Origin: an uncultured virus (IMG/VR IMGVR_UViG_3300002773_000047)
Taxonomy: Duplodnaviria > Heunggongvirae > Uroviricota > Caudoviricetes
Length of the DNA: 64,000 nt
Direction: 5' to 3' (one strand)
IMG/VR virus record: IMGVR_UViG_3300002773_000047
Positions 35,993 through 45,385 of this stretch are shown here, one piece after another (within the stretch, counting starts at the first letter, position 1; each line of letters begins with the position of its first letter). The notes under the pieces are model-generated. The model saw nothing but the letters and a program-made list of their open reading frames with translations, did not search any database and was not told where the DNA came from. The translations under genes and the position numbers were made by a program.

Positions 35993-36343
35993 GTGGGGGG
36001 CGCAGGAGTGCAGGACACGCAATCTCTCGCGGCGTCGCCGCAGAAGCCGCCGCCGATCATCATCGGCGTGGAGGGCATCGCCCCGAAGCCCATCGAGCTG
36101 ACGCCGGCCATCGTGCCGGGCATCAACTGGCGCATGGTGGGCGCGCTGCCGCCGTTCCAGATGTTCGTCCACGAGCTGGCGCCGTGCCCGCCGGGGCGCG
36201 ACAGCCAGGAGTGGGCCATCGACTACGCGCTGCGCTTCGCTGGTCAGCGTGGCGACGACGTGCTCATGGGCGAGTACAGCGCCTGGCACGCGGCAAAGGG
36301 GTACTGGCCGAACGAAACGCCGCTGGGCGTGCTGAAGGACTGA
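35993..36343 (+). CDS. Hypothetical protein (start uncertain, 35993 or 36008)
   Basis: Fills the gap in the tail operon. Confidence 0.6.
   Translation: MGGAGVQDTQSLAASPQKPPPIIIGVEGIAPKPIELTPAIVPGINWRMVGALPPFQMFVHELAPCPPGRDSQEWAIDYALRFAGQRGDDVLMGEYSAWHAAKGYWPNETPLGVLKD
36000..36011 (+). promoter_or_regulatory. AGGA-loop hairpin 2
   Basis: GCGC-AGGA-GTGC overlapping GTG 36008. Confidence 0.5.
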
Positions 36344-36355
36344 GGGAGCGCGAGT

Positions 36356-37618
36356 ATGGGCCACCGAATCGCCGGCGTCCTCTACGGGGAGAACATCGTT
36401 GGCCGCATTCTTGAAGTGCGGCAAGGCCTTGATCCGTTGCTGGTGTCTTCAGATCTGATTTCCTACCCCGGCTCCGTCGGGAGCAGCGGCGCGTTTGCCG
36501 CGCTTGCACCGGACTTGAAGGCCGGTGTGGTCACGTTCAACAGCGGCATCTCGGGGTCGAATTTTCGCTACTACCCTGACATGAACACGATGGCCAACCC
36601 AGTGACGCCGGCCGCCGGCTTTGCTGCAACCACCACGGTGTGCGCGATTTCGAACGATCACTACGCGGTCGGCGGCACCAGCTCTCCCTACCTCTACGTC
36701 TTCAAGCGGAGCGACCACTCGCTGGTCACGGTGGCCACGACCAACCTCGGCACCATCTATGCGTTGGACTTCTCGCCGGACGGTACAAAGCTGGCGGTGA
36801 CGCACGGCAGTTCGCCCTATATCCGCGTCTATAACACCTCGACGTGGGCTTATACCGATGCGGTGACGGTGCCCGGCGGCGGTGGCAATTACGGACTCGT
36901 GTTCACCTCGGATAGCACGCGCTTTGTCGTGATGTGTGCTTCTTCGCCCTTCATTTCGATCTACAACGCTACGACCATGGTGCGAAGCTACGGCTACGCC
37001 GCGAGCAGCAAGTACACCCCGACGACCAACTACATCCGCCCCCTCGCGCGGCATCCCACTACGGCAAACTCGATCTTGATGGCGTTCGGCACCTCGCCGT
37101 TCATCGCGGAGTTCAATGCGGACACCCAGGTCTTCACGGATTTCACTGCCCTGACGACCGGTGGCGTGATCGGGCCGGGCTACAGCCTGACGGTCGATCC
37201 AGATCCAACGGAGGACGCGGTCTACCTCCGCCACAACACTGGTTCGACATCGCCAACCCGGACGATGTCGAAGTTCAGGATCTCCACGCGCGCACCGTTC
37301 CCGGCGCAGTCGCCACTGTTCCGCAACGCCATGTGGGGCAGCACTGGCGCGCTGACGCCATTTGTCATCACTTACGACACCCCCTACAAGATCACGGGCA
37401 CGGTGCGGGACATCAGCAACAACCCCGTGGCGCGCGTGGTGCGCGCGCATCGACGAGATACCGGTGAGCTCGCCGCCCAAACCACCTCGAGCGCGAGCAC
37501 CGGCAACTACGACCTGCGCGTGCCGGACATCGGGCCTTACGACGTGCAGTTCATGACGGCCGCCGGCGAGCTGCTGAACGACCTGTTCTACGCGCAGACG
37601 GAGCCGCAACCGGTCTAG
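36356..37618 (+). CDS. Beta-propeller protein with C-terminal Ig-like domain; candidate receptor-binding protein
   Basis: Repeated blades FSPDGTKLAV..SSPYI.VY, FTSDS....V...SSPFI.IY; C-terminal ITGTVRD. Confidence 0.65.
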   Translation: MGHRIAGVLYGENIVGRILEVRQGLDPLLVSSDLISYPGSVGSSGAFAALAPDLKAGVVTFNSGISGSNFRYYPDMNTMANPVTPAAGFAATTTVCAISNDHYAVGGTSSPYLYVFKRSDHSLVTVATTNLGTIYALDFSPDGTKLAVTHGSSPYIRVYNTSTWAYTDAVTVPGGGGNYGLVFTSDSTRFVVMCASSPFISIYNATTMVRSYGYAASSKYTPTTNYIRPLARHPTTANSILMAFGTSPFIAEFNADTQVFTDFTALTTGGVIGPGYSLTVDPDPTEDAVYLRHNTGSTSPTRTMSKFRISTRAPFPAQSPLFRNAMWGSTGALTPFVITYDTPYKITGTVRDISNNPVARVVRAHRRDTGELAAQTTSSASTGNYDLRVPDIGPYDVQFMTAAGELLNDLFYAQTEPQPV

Positions 37619-37620
37619 CG

Positions 37621-40600
37621 ATGCCGTACACGCCCCCGACCAGCCCGCTGAACGCTTCGTGGGTCGGGGCACCGACCTACCGAGGGCCCGCGCGCGTCAT
37701 CCTCGGCACCTGGGTCACGCCGAATCAGTGGATCTACCAGCCGGCCAGCGCCGAGGGCGGCATGGGCACGCCAACGGTCATCGGGCAGCAGCTCGTGGCG
37801 GCTGCAGGTGCCGCTGACCAGACCCAATGGGGTACGACCTTCGCGCTGACGAAGGTTCTCTACTACCGGCCGCCGCAGTACACCATCACCGCTTCGTGGG
37901 TCGGCAAGCCGGTCTACATCCGCACCATCGGCGCATCCCTGTCGGTCACCTGGGACCAGCAGCGCGCCTACGTCAATCCGCCGGGCTTTCTGTCCGAGGC
38001 GACGGGCACGCCCTTCGTCACGCAGCAGCAGTTCGTGCGGCCGGTGGGCTTCACGCCGCTGGCCTTCGGTTCCACGTACGCGATCTTCCCCTACCAGTAC
38101 GCGCCGCCGCGCTGGACGATCAATGCGAGCTGGGTGGGCAAGCCGGCCTACACACCCGCGGTGGGCGTGCGCGATGGGCTCTGGACGCTGCCGTCAGAGG
38201 ACAAGTACATCCCGCTGACGGGCTGGGACTCGTGCAGCTTCGGCGCCGCCACGATCCAGAACTACCTCACCTACGTTGCGCCGGGTGGGTTCGACAGCCT
38301 GGCCGTCGGCGCGCACCAGGTGCGCAATGCGGCGGGCGCGCTGCGGCCAACGGGCATCGCCAGCCAGCTCTCGTTCGGTGCCGCCCTCGTGGCGTTCGGA
38401 CAGCGCAAGGTCACGCCCACGGGCGTGGATCTGTCGGGCTTCGGCGCGGCCGCCGTGGTACTGAAGAACAGGCGTCTCTTCCCAGGTGGCTTCGATGCGA
38501 TGGCCGGTGGCAACCCGACCATCATCAACCGGAACCGGTACATCGCAGCCGGCAACATCGTGCCGCCGGCGCTCGGCACGAGTTCGATGGTCTGGCTCTA
38601 CACCCGATACCTGCTGCCGAGCGGGCTGGTGGCCACCGGTTTCGCGAGCACCAACCGGGTGAGCCACGACCGGCAGTATGTGCAGCTGAACGCGGGCATC
38701 CCCACGCCAGGCTTCGGCACAGCCTGGATCAGCCAGGGCACGCGGCTGGTGGCTCCGGCGGGCGCGTTCCTCGATGCCGTCGGCAGGCCGAACGTGGGCG
38801 GCACGCGCTACATCACGCCAACGGGCTGGGACTCGTCGGCCTTCGGCACACGGGTCATCCCTGAATCGCAGACCGTGGCGCCGCAGGGCTTCCGGGAGGT
38901 CTGGGGCGACACGAACATCAAGAACCAGCTGTCGTTCGTGCGGCCGCCCGGGTTCGAGACGAACGTGCAGGAGCAATACCGCTGGGGGCGGGCGCAGGTC
39001 TACAACCTGCGGCAGTACGTGGTGCAGAACTACGACCCTACCGACGGGCTCAACCCGCCGCCGTGGCCGCAGTGGACGGCTATCGAGAACCGCAACCGCG
39101 TGGTGGGCGCGATCGGCATCGCGCCGCCGCGTGTGGGCGAGCCGCTGGTGTTCAACAACGCCCGCGTGATCGCGCTGGCTGGCATGACGCCTCCTGGCTA
39201 TCCGGGCACGACGCCGGCAGGCCTGGTCGCCTATGGCGTGCGGCTGCTGCCGCTGGAGGGCATCGAGCCGCCGCCGCTGCTGAACTGGAACGCGGTCTAC
39301 AACGCGGCGCGCGTGGTGGCGCCGGCCGGGGCCGATACGCAGCTCTTCGGCGTGCCCGCGCTGGAGAACACGCGGCGCTACTACCTGCGGATCGGGAACA
39401 TCGACTCGGCGGCCTACGGCACCGCCTTCATCGACTTCGCGATTCGGACGCTGGACATCGAGTCCCGCTACGCGATCCAACCGCCCGACGTGCCGCTTCC
39501 CGAGGTCAAGTTGCACACGCGCTACGTCGATCCGAGGGGCGATGACATGTCGCGCATCGGGCTGGCCGCGCTGTCCATTCACTTCAACATCCTCCTGCCC
39601 AGGTGGACGCACCGGGACTTCTTCGGCGAGCCGCGTGTGCACAACGTGACCCCCGAAATGCGGGGCTACGGATGGAACTCGGAGGAGTTCGGTGACGCCT
39701 TCGTGCGGCTGCAGTACCGGCCCGTGGCGCCGGATGGCGCCGCCACTCAGCTCTTCGGGCAGGTCAAGATCGCCGACCGCAAGCAGACCATCGCGGTGCC
39801 GGGCAACAACTTCATGCGCGTGGGCGACAAGCTGGTGGTGACACGGGCTGGTGCACCGCCGTACGCCACGCAGTGGATCATCCAGGACCAGGAGATTGCC
39901 TCTGAGAGCGAGTTCGGCAAGCCAGGGCTGAACCAGTATGTCCTCTACGTGCCCGGCATCACCGCACCGCCGCTGGGCGACGCGACGGTGCGCAGCAATG
40001 GCGTCATGGTCGACGCCGGCATCAAGGTGGACGGCTACGGCGAGCCCACCGTTTCGCTGAAGAGACGCTATCTCACGGTGGCCGAGTGGCCCGACGTGCA
40101 GGTCTTCGAGCCGACGCCCGCGCGAATCACGCCGCACACCATCTACGCGGTGGTCGAGGCGCCGGCACAGGCCATCCGCAACCACCCGCCCGCCAACCTG
40201 CACTATGTCGGCCAGACGCTGGAATACGGGCCGGGCGCCCGGTTTGGGCAGCACTCGGTGCGCACCTACCGCGGCATCCTGTCGCCCTCGACCGTGGGGA
40301 ACACCGCGCAGCTCGGTGCACCCTCTGTCCAGCTGCACCGGCGCTACCTGGAGCCGGCGGGTATGCAGGCCTACCGCATGGGCTGGGTGGTGCTGGGTGA
40401 CGGCACGCAGTTCGTGAAGCAGTTCGGCGGCGCCGACATGCAGCTCTTCGGGCAGCCGGCGGTGGCGCGCGGGCCGTACCTGGGGCCGCAGACCGTTCGT
40501 CCTGTGGGCCTCGCGCCGCCGGACTTCGGTGTGACCTGGGTGTCGCTGTTGCACCGGACCTTCCAGTTCACCGGCTTCAACGCGCTGGCGATGGGCGGGT

Positions 40601-40947
40601 CGCGCGGGGAGCCGCCGTATCAGTGGCAGTCGCTCCACGTTGGCCCCCTGATGCCGACCATTCCGCCTGGCATCGACGCGGCTGCTTTCGGGACCGCGTG
40701 GATCTCGCTACGCATCCGGGGCCTGGAGCCGCAGGGCTTCGAGGCGTTCGCAAGCGAGTACGACCCGGAGAATTTCGCCGCGCGCATGCACGTGCGCAAT
40801 GCCTATGTTCCGTCGGGCCCGGCGGCGCGCACGCTCGTGCCTGTGGGGATCGACGCAGCGCAGGCCGGCGTGCCCAATGCCAAGCTGGCCGTGCACTACA
40901 TCCGGCCCGACGGCAACGCCGATCAGTACCGAAAAGGAGCCTTCTAA
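37621..40947 (+). CDS. Large repetitive tail/virion protein
   Basis: 1108 aa with many P.G.....FG repeats. Confidence 0.75.
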   Translation: MPYTPPTSPLNASWVGAPTYRGPARVILGTWVTPNQWIYQPASAEGGMGTPTVIGQQLVAAAGAADQTQWGTTFALTKVLYYRPPQYTITASWVGKPVYIRTIGASLSVTWDQQRAYVNPPGFLSEATGTPFVTQQQFVRPVGFTPLAFGSTYAIFPYQYAPPRWTINASWVGKPAYTPAVGVRDGLWTLPSEDKYIPLTGWDSCSFGAATIQNYLTYVAPGGFDSLAVGAHQVRNAAGALRPTGIASQLSFGAALVAFGQRKVTPTGVDLSGFGAAAVVLKNRRLFPGGFDAMAGGNPTIINRNRYIAAGNIVPPALGTSSMVWLYTRYLLPSGLVATGFASTNRVSHDRQYVQLNAGIPTPGFGTAWISQGTRLVAPAGAFLDAVGRPNVGGTRYITPTGWDSSAFGTRVIPESQTVAPQGFREVWGDTNIKNQLSFVRPPGFETNVQEQYRWGRAQVYNLRQYVVQNYDPTDGLNPPPWPQWTAIENRNRVVGAIGIAPPRVGEPLVFNNARVIALAGMTPPGYPGTTPAGLVAYGVRLLPLEGIEPPPLLNWNAVYNAARVVAPAGADTQLFGVPALENTRRYYLRIGNIDSAAYGTAFIDFAIRTLDIESRYAIQPPDVPLPEVKLHTRYVDPRGDDMSRIGLAALSIHFNILLPRWTHRDFFGEPRVHNVTPEMRGYGWNSEEFGDAFVRLQYRPVAPDGAATQLFGQVKIADRKQTIAVPGNNFMRVGDKLVVTRAGAPPYATQWIIQDQEIASESEFGKPGLNQYVLYVPGITAPPLGDATVRSNGVMVDAGIKVDGYGEPTVSLKRRYLTVAEWPDVQVFEPTPARITPHTIYAVVEAPAQAIRNHPPANLHYVGQTLEYGPGARFGQHSVRTYRGILSPSTVGNTAQLGAPSVQLHRRYLEPAGMQAYRMGWVVLGDGTQFVKQFGGADMQLFGQPAVARGPYLGPQTVRPVGLAPPDFGVTWVSLLHRTFQFTGFNALAMGGSRGEPPYQWQSLHVGPLMPTIPPGIDAAAFGTAWISLRIRGLEPQGFEAFASEYDPENFAARMHVRNAYVPSGPAARTLVPVGIDAAQAGVPNAKLAVHYIRPDGNADQYRKGAF

Positions 40948-42134
40948 TGACCGACACCTCCCTCATGCCGGTGGCCGGCATCAACAACGTCTCGGAGGAT
41001 GCTGCCATGCAGCGCGGCGGCGATGCCGCGCGGTTGTTCGTGCGCGATGCGGTGAACGTGGACATCACCCCGGCGGGGAAGGCATCGGTTCGCACGGGCG
41101 AGCGCCTGGTGAGCGCGGCACGGTTCCGCGACGTGTGGCAAAGCCCACTGCACCGCGACACCTTCGGCACTCTCGCTGGCAAGTGGGTCAAGATCAACCC
41201 GGCCGACTGGTCGCACGAAGAGCTTGCTACGGTGGGGGAGGGTGCAGAACACGCAGTGTTGAACAGCCTCGTCTGCGTAGCCGGGCCTGCAGGTCTGTTC
41301 ACATTCGACGGCAGCGCGGCGCAGCGCCTGACGCTTGACACGCCGCCCGCACCGCTGCTGACTGCCGGCACAGGCTCACTGGAGCCGGGCACCTACGGCG
41401 CGGCCGTGGCTTGGCTGCGCGGCGCGCAGGAATCCGCCCCGTCCGAGCTCGCAACCGTCGAAGTGGGCCCAAGCGGAGCGCTCGAGGTGACTCTGCCCAT
41501 CTGGCTCGACCCTACGCTCACTGGCGTTCGGCTGTACCTGACGCGGCGTGATGGCGGCGAGCTGCTGCGCGCCGGAGACTGGCCGGCCGGTACCGCGTCG
41601 ATCCACCTACCACTGCTGCCCCAGCTCGGCGCGGCGGCCCAGTTCCGCCACCTGTCGCCGATGCCCACAGGGCGTTTTCTCTCGTACTGGCGCGGCCGGC
41701 TGCTGGTCGCCCGCGGCAACTTGCTGCGCTGGTCTGAAGCACTGGCCTATCACCTGCACGACGAGCGGCACGGGTTCGTTCAGATGCCGCAGCGCATCAC
41801 CTTCGTGCAGCCTGTCGACGGCGGTGTGTGGGTCGGGCAGGTCGATCACGTCGTCTTCCTTCGCGGCAGCGCGCCCGCCGAGTTCTCGGCGGAGCGCAAA
41901 GGAGGCCGCGCACCGGTGCCTGGCAGCGCCATCCTCGCGTCGCCGGATGCTCTCGGCGGTGACCTCACCGCAGGCGGCAGTGACGCGGCGGTCTGGCTGG
42001 CGGAAAACGGCTACGTCGCCGGTACCGCCTCCGGCGCGCTGGTGGAGCTGCATGCGGGCGTGCTGAAGGGCATCACGGGCCGTGCCGGAACCTCTGTAGT
42101 GTTTGGCCGGCGCCTGCTGACCGCTGTAGTCTGA
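40947..42134 (+). CDS. Tail/virion structural protein
   Basis: GINN....RDAVNVD N-terminus; AAAGGAG SD; TAATG coupling. Confidence 0.7.
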   Translation: MTDTSLMPVAGINNVSEDAAMQRGGDAARLFVRDAVNVDITPAGKASVRTGERLVSAARFRDVWQSPLHRDTFGTLAGKWVKINPADWSHEELATVGEGAEHAVLNSLVCVAGPAGLFTFDGSAAQRLTLDTPPAPLLTAGTGSLEPGTYGAAVAWLRGAQESAPSELATVEVGPSGALEVTLPIWLDPTLTGVRLYLTRRDGGELLRAGDWPAGTASIHLPLLPQLGAAAQFRHLSPMPTGRFLSYWRGRLLVARGNLLRWSEALAYHLHDERHGFVQMPQRITFVQPVDGGVWVGQVDHVVFLRGSAPAEFSAERKGGRAPVPGSAILASPDALGGDLTAGGSDAAVWLAENGYVAGTASGALVELHAGVLKGITGRAGTSVVFGRRLLTAVV

Positions 42135-42166
42135 GGTCTTCCGTCCCGGGCATCCGGGAATCATTC

Positions 42167-42208
42167 GCTGCGCAGGAGTGCGGCATAGGACTACTGGAGC
42201 TTCCTATG
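42167..42208 (+). promoter_or_regulatory. AGGA-loop hairpin 3 plus start-codon-sequestering hairpin
   Basis: GCTGCGC-AGGA-GTGCGGC, then CATAGGA...TCCTATG enclosing a GGAG SD and pairing ATG 42206. Confidence 0.6.
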
Positions 42209-42784
42209 ACGACGCTGCGCAAAGAACTGGCTGCGGACCTGAACCGCGAAACCTACGATGTCACCGAGCAGGGCATCTACTTCCCCCGTCAAGGCGTGCT
42301 TGCACAGGGCGAGTACTTCGACCGTATCAACGGCGGCGAGTGGACCCGCACCAAGAACAAGATCGTCATCGAAGGGCTGGCGCACATCCTGAACGTGGCG
42401 CTGGGCAGCACGGCCAAGCCGGCGGGCTACTTCCTGGCCCTGTTCAGCGGCGCGGCGGCGCCGGCCGACAACTGGACGGCCGCCAGCTTCGCGGCCACCG
42501 CGTCCGAAATCGTCAGCCTCACCGAGGGCTACACCAGCCCGACCCGACCGGCCTGGACCTCGGCAAACACCAACACCGGTTCGATCGACAACATGGCGGC
42601 CGTCGCCACGGTCACCATCGCCACCGCCGGCCAGCTCAACGTGACTGGCGCGGCAATGCTGACGAACAACGCGCGAGGGGGCACGACCGGTGCGCTCGTG
42701 TCGGCGACGAAGTACGCTGCCGCCCGCGTGTTCCAGAACGGCGACACCTACGACATCGGCTACCGACTCAGCCTGACCGTCTGA
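42206..42784 (+). CDS. Virion structural protein
   Basis: N.IV.EGL...L, Y.ALF, E...Y....R..W. Confidence 0.7.
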   Translation: MTTLRKELAADLNRETYDVTEQGIYFPRQGVLAQGEYFDRINGGEWTRTKNKIVIEGLAHILNVALGSTAKPAGYFLALFSGAAAPADNWTAASFAATASEIVSLTEGYTSPTRPAWTSANTNTGSIDNMAAVATVTIATAGQLNVTGAAMLTNNARGGTTGALVSATKYAAARVFQNGDTYDIGYRLSLTV

Positions 42785-42787
42785 TCC

Positions 42788-45385
42788 ATGCACGCACCGC
42801 GCCCCTACGGGCGCTTTGCCGAGCAGGCGGAGCTGTCCCCGGAAGATGCCGCTGCCGTCGAGCGGCTGGCCAGGACCGCGACCAACTTCAAGCAGCTGTC
42901 CGCTTTGGACAGCCTGAAGCGCGTCGCGGCGCTGCCCAGCGGCCGCCAGGCGGTGGCGATCGACATGGGCGGCGTGTTCCGCATCCTGGTGCTGGAGCGC
43001 CACGAGAACCCGGAGCACGAGGTCACCGGCCTCGCCGAGACGAACGTGCCCATGCTGTTCTCCGGCGCCATCACTCGCGCCCAGGTGCTGGAAGGCGAGG
43101 GGGTGGGCATCAAGCTGACCGAGCAGACGCGCCGCCGGCTCGCGGGCTACCGTGACGACGAGGAGCTGCCGCCGAAGGATGTGGCGCTGCAGCGTTTCCG
43201 CATCGACTACCACGACCGGTTCGCCTACTTCCGACCCGAGTACAGCGGCATCTACACGTTCACGCAGTACGTGAAGCAGCGCCCGACCTGGTACAGCGGT
43301 GCCATGGCCGAGGTGGCGCAGGTGGTCGGCGGCTACGGCCGGCAGGTGCTGGCGGACCTGCCCGACGATCCCGTCGAGCGGGCCCGCATGCGCGTGCCCG
43401 AGCGCTTCATGCGCGAGATCCGGCGCGAGGTCGCGGGCCTGCGACTGCCCGGCTACACCGGCTTCCCGGACCGCGAGGGCCAGTTCCAGTACCGCTACCA
43501 GCACGGGGAAGGCAACGCCGTGTCGTTCGGCACCGACGGAAGGCCCTGGCTGCTGCGCATCAGCACGCGGGGCGTCTTCGCCATGCCCTTGCCGTTGGTG
43601 CCGGCGACAACCGCCGCCGCCTTCCGCGCCTACGTCGAGGAGGTCGGCGATGCCGAGCTGCTGAAGGTGCTGGATCGCTTCGGCGGACTGCCTTCGGGTG
43701 AGACGTTCCCCGATGACGAACAGGACTTCGAGGCTTGGCGGCGCGCGGGCGTATTCATCAAGGTGTGCGACTGCGCCGACTTCTACACGCGGCAGGCCTT
43801 CTATGCCGCCGGAGGTTGGTCCCTGAACAGCCGCGGCAGCGAGGGCTTCAACACCTGTTGGGACCGCGACGACGCGGGCCTTCTGCACGCGCACGCCTAC
43901 AAGATGAAGCTGCGGCTGGGCGCGGCCGCCAACGGCGGGCGGTTGAAGGCCTCGTGGCAGTTCGACGGCGAGGACGAGGCCGCCCGCGCACACGGCTATC
44001 TGGATCGGGTCTTCGAGCAGCTGCGCGATGGCTCCCACCGCTCGCGCGCGGCGGCCTACAAGATTCGCCGCGCCACGGCCGCGCAGATCCTGGCGCGCGC
44101 TTCGGTGTCGAACGGGCCCGACCACGACTACTGGGACGCGCTCGAGCTGGAGCCGATCGCTGTGCACCAGGGGAATGTGGCGCGGGTGGGCACGGGCCCC
44201 ATGTACTGGCCGGGCAAGAACCCGAAGTCGATGGGGCGCTTGAAGTTTCCGGAACTGCGCGGGCTGGGCTGCGAGTCGTTCGTGATGGTGTCGGAGGACT
44301 ACGCCGGCCCCGCCGTGCGATGCGACACCATCGTCTTCGGCTGCTACGTTGACGACGAGCTACAGGTGGTCAAGTATTTCTACGACGAGCGCAAGGTGCA
44401 GGAGAAGGTGCAGAGCACCTTCGAGAAATTCATGATCGTCGGCCAGTGGGAGAAGACCGAAACCACCGGGCTGTCTGGCCTGATGGGCTACTTCTACACC
44501 TCGGCATTCGACGACCGGCAGGTGGCGCCGCCGGTCAGCACCACGACGCACATCACCGGCATCGACATGGGCTACGGCCAGCCAGCCTTCGCCACGCCGC
44601 CGCTCCTGTACTGCGTCGGCTCGCTTTCGCGGGCCCGCTACTACTACCACCGCACGACGGTGAAGAGCACCTCGGGCTTCGGCATCGACGTGGCCGCGTG
44701 CGTGCCGGTGTTCGAGCGCGACTGCATCCTCTACCCCTACACCGAGAGCACCTCTGGCCGCGCCGAGTCGGAGAAGACCGAGCAGTTCGCGATGGCGGAC
44801 CCGACCTCCTACCAGCTCTGGTGCTACGACAACATCTTTCACTACATGGGGCAGACGGACAACCACAACAAGGGTGATCCGCCCTCGAAAGACGGTGTGC
44901 CTGTCTACGTCGACACGCTGGTCTACTCGCCCACCGAAGTGAGCGACTATGCCGACAGCGGCAACTGGTTCAACCTGCCGCCCGGCGGGTTCCTCGACGT
45001 GACCGCTGTTTGCGGGCCCTACACCTCGCGCACGTCGAGCACTCACCACGCGAACGGCGTTGTCATCGGCGGCGAGGCGCCGGGCTTCGAGCCGTTCTCC
45101 AGCGAGAAGCTGTTCCCGGCCGAGCAGTCGGGCCGGCTCAGCGTGTCGATGAAGGGCGCCGGCTCTGTCGTCGCCCACAAGGACATTCCGCATTCCTGGT
45201 ACTTCGGCTTCTCGCCGGAAGAGCAGACCTACTTCTACCGCGACGCGGTGCATGTAGCGATCGGCGACAGCAGCTACGCCAGCATCTACGAACAGGACCA
45301 GAACGGCCTGCGCCGCCGCTGGGGCTACACGGCGCTGGCCGACAACCGCAGCGCGCACCACTTCATCGGAGTTATCAATGAGTAG
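42788..45385 (+). CDS. Large tail/virion protein
   Basis: 865-aa ORF in the structural operon. Confidence 0.7.
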   Translation: MHAPRPYGRFAEQAELSPEDAAAVERLARTATNFKQLSALDSLKRVAALPSGRQAVAIDMGGVFRILVLERHENPEHEVTGLAETNVPMLFSGAITRAQVLEGEGVGIKLTEQTRRRLAGYRDDEELPPKDVALQRFRIDYHDRFAYFRPEYSGIYTFTQYVKQRPTWYSGAMAEVAQVVGGYGRQVLADLPDDPVERARMRVPERFMREIRREVAGLRLPGYTGFPDREGQFQYRYQHGEGNAVSFGTDGRPWLLRISTRGVFAMPLPLVPATTAAAFRAYVEEVGDAELLKVLDRFGGLPSGETFPDDEQDFEAWRRAGVFIKVCDCADFYTRQAFYAAGGWSLNSRGSEGFNTCWDRDDAGLLHAHAYKMKLRLGAAANGGRLKASWQFDGEDEAARAHGYLDRVFEQLRDGSHRSRAAAYKIRRATAAQILARASVSNGPDHDYWDALELEPIAVHQGNVARVGTGPMYWPGKNPKSMGRLKFPELRGLGCESFVMVSEDYAGPAVRCDTIVFGCYVDDELQVVKYFYDERKVQEKVQSTFEKFMIVGQWEKTETTGLSGLMGYFYTSAFDDRQVAPPVSTTTHITGIDMGYGQPAFATPPLLYCVGSLSRARYYYHRTTVKSTSGFGIDVAACVPVFERDCILYPYTESTSGRAESEKTEQFAMADPTSYQLWCYDNIFHYMGQTDNHNKGDPPSKDGVPVYVDTLVYSPTEVSDYADSGNWFNLPPGGFLDVTAVCGPYTSRTSSTHHANGVVIGGEAPGFEPFSSEKLFPAEQSGRLSVSMKGAGSVVAHKDIPHSWYFGFSPEEQTYFYRDAVHVAIGDSSYASIYEQDQNGLRRRWGYTALADNRSAHHFIGVINE

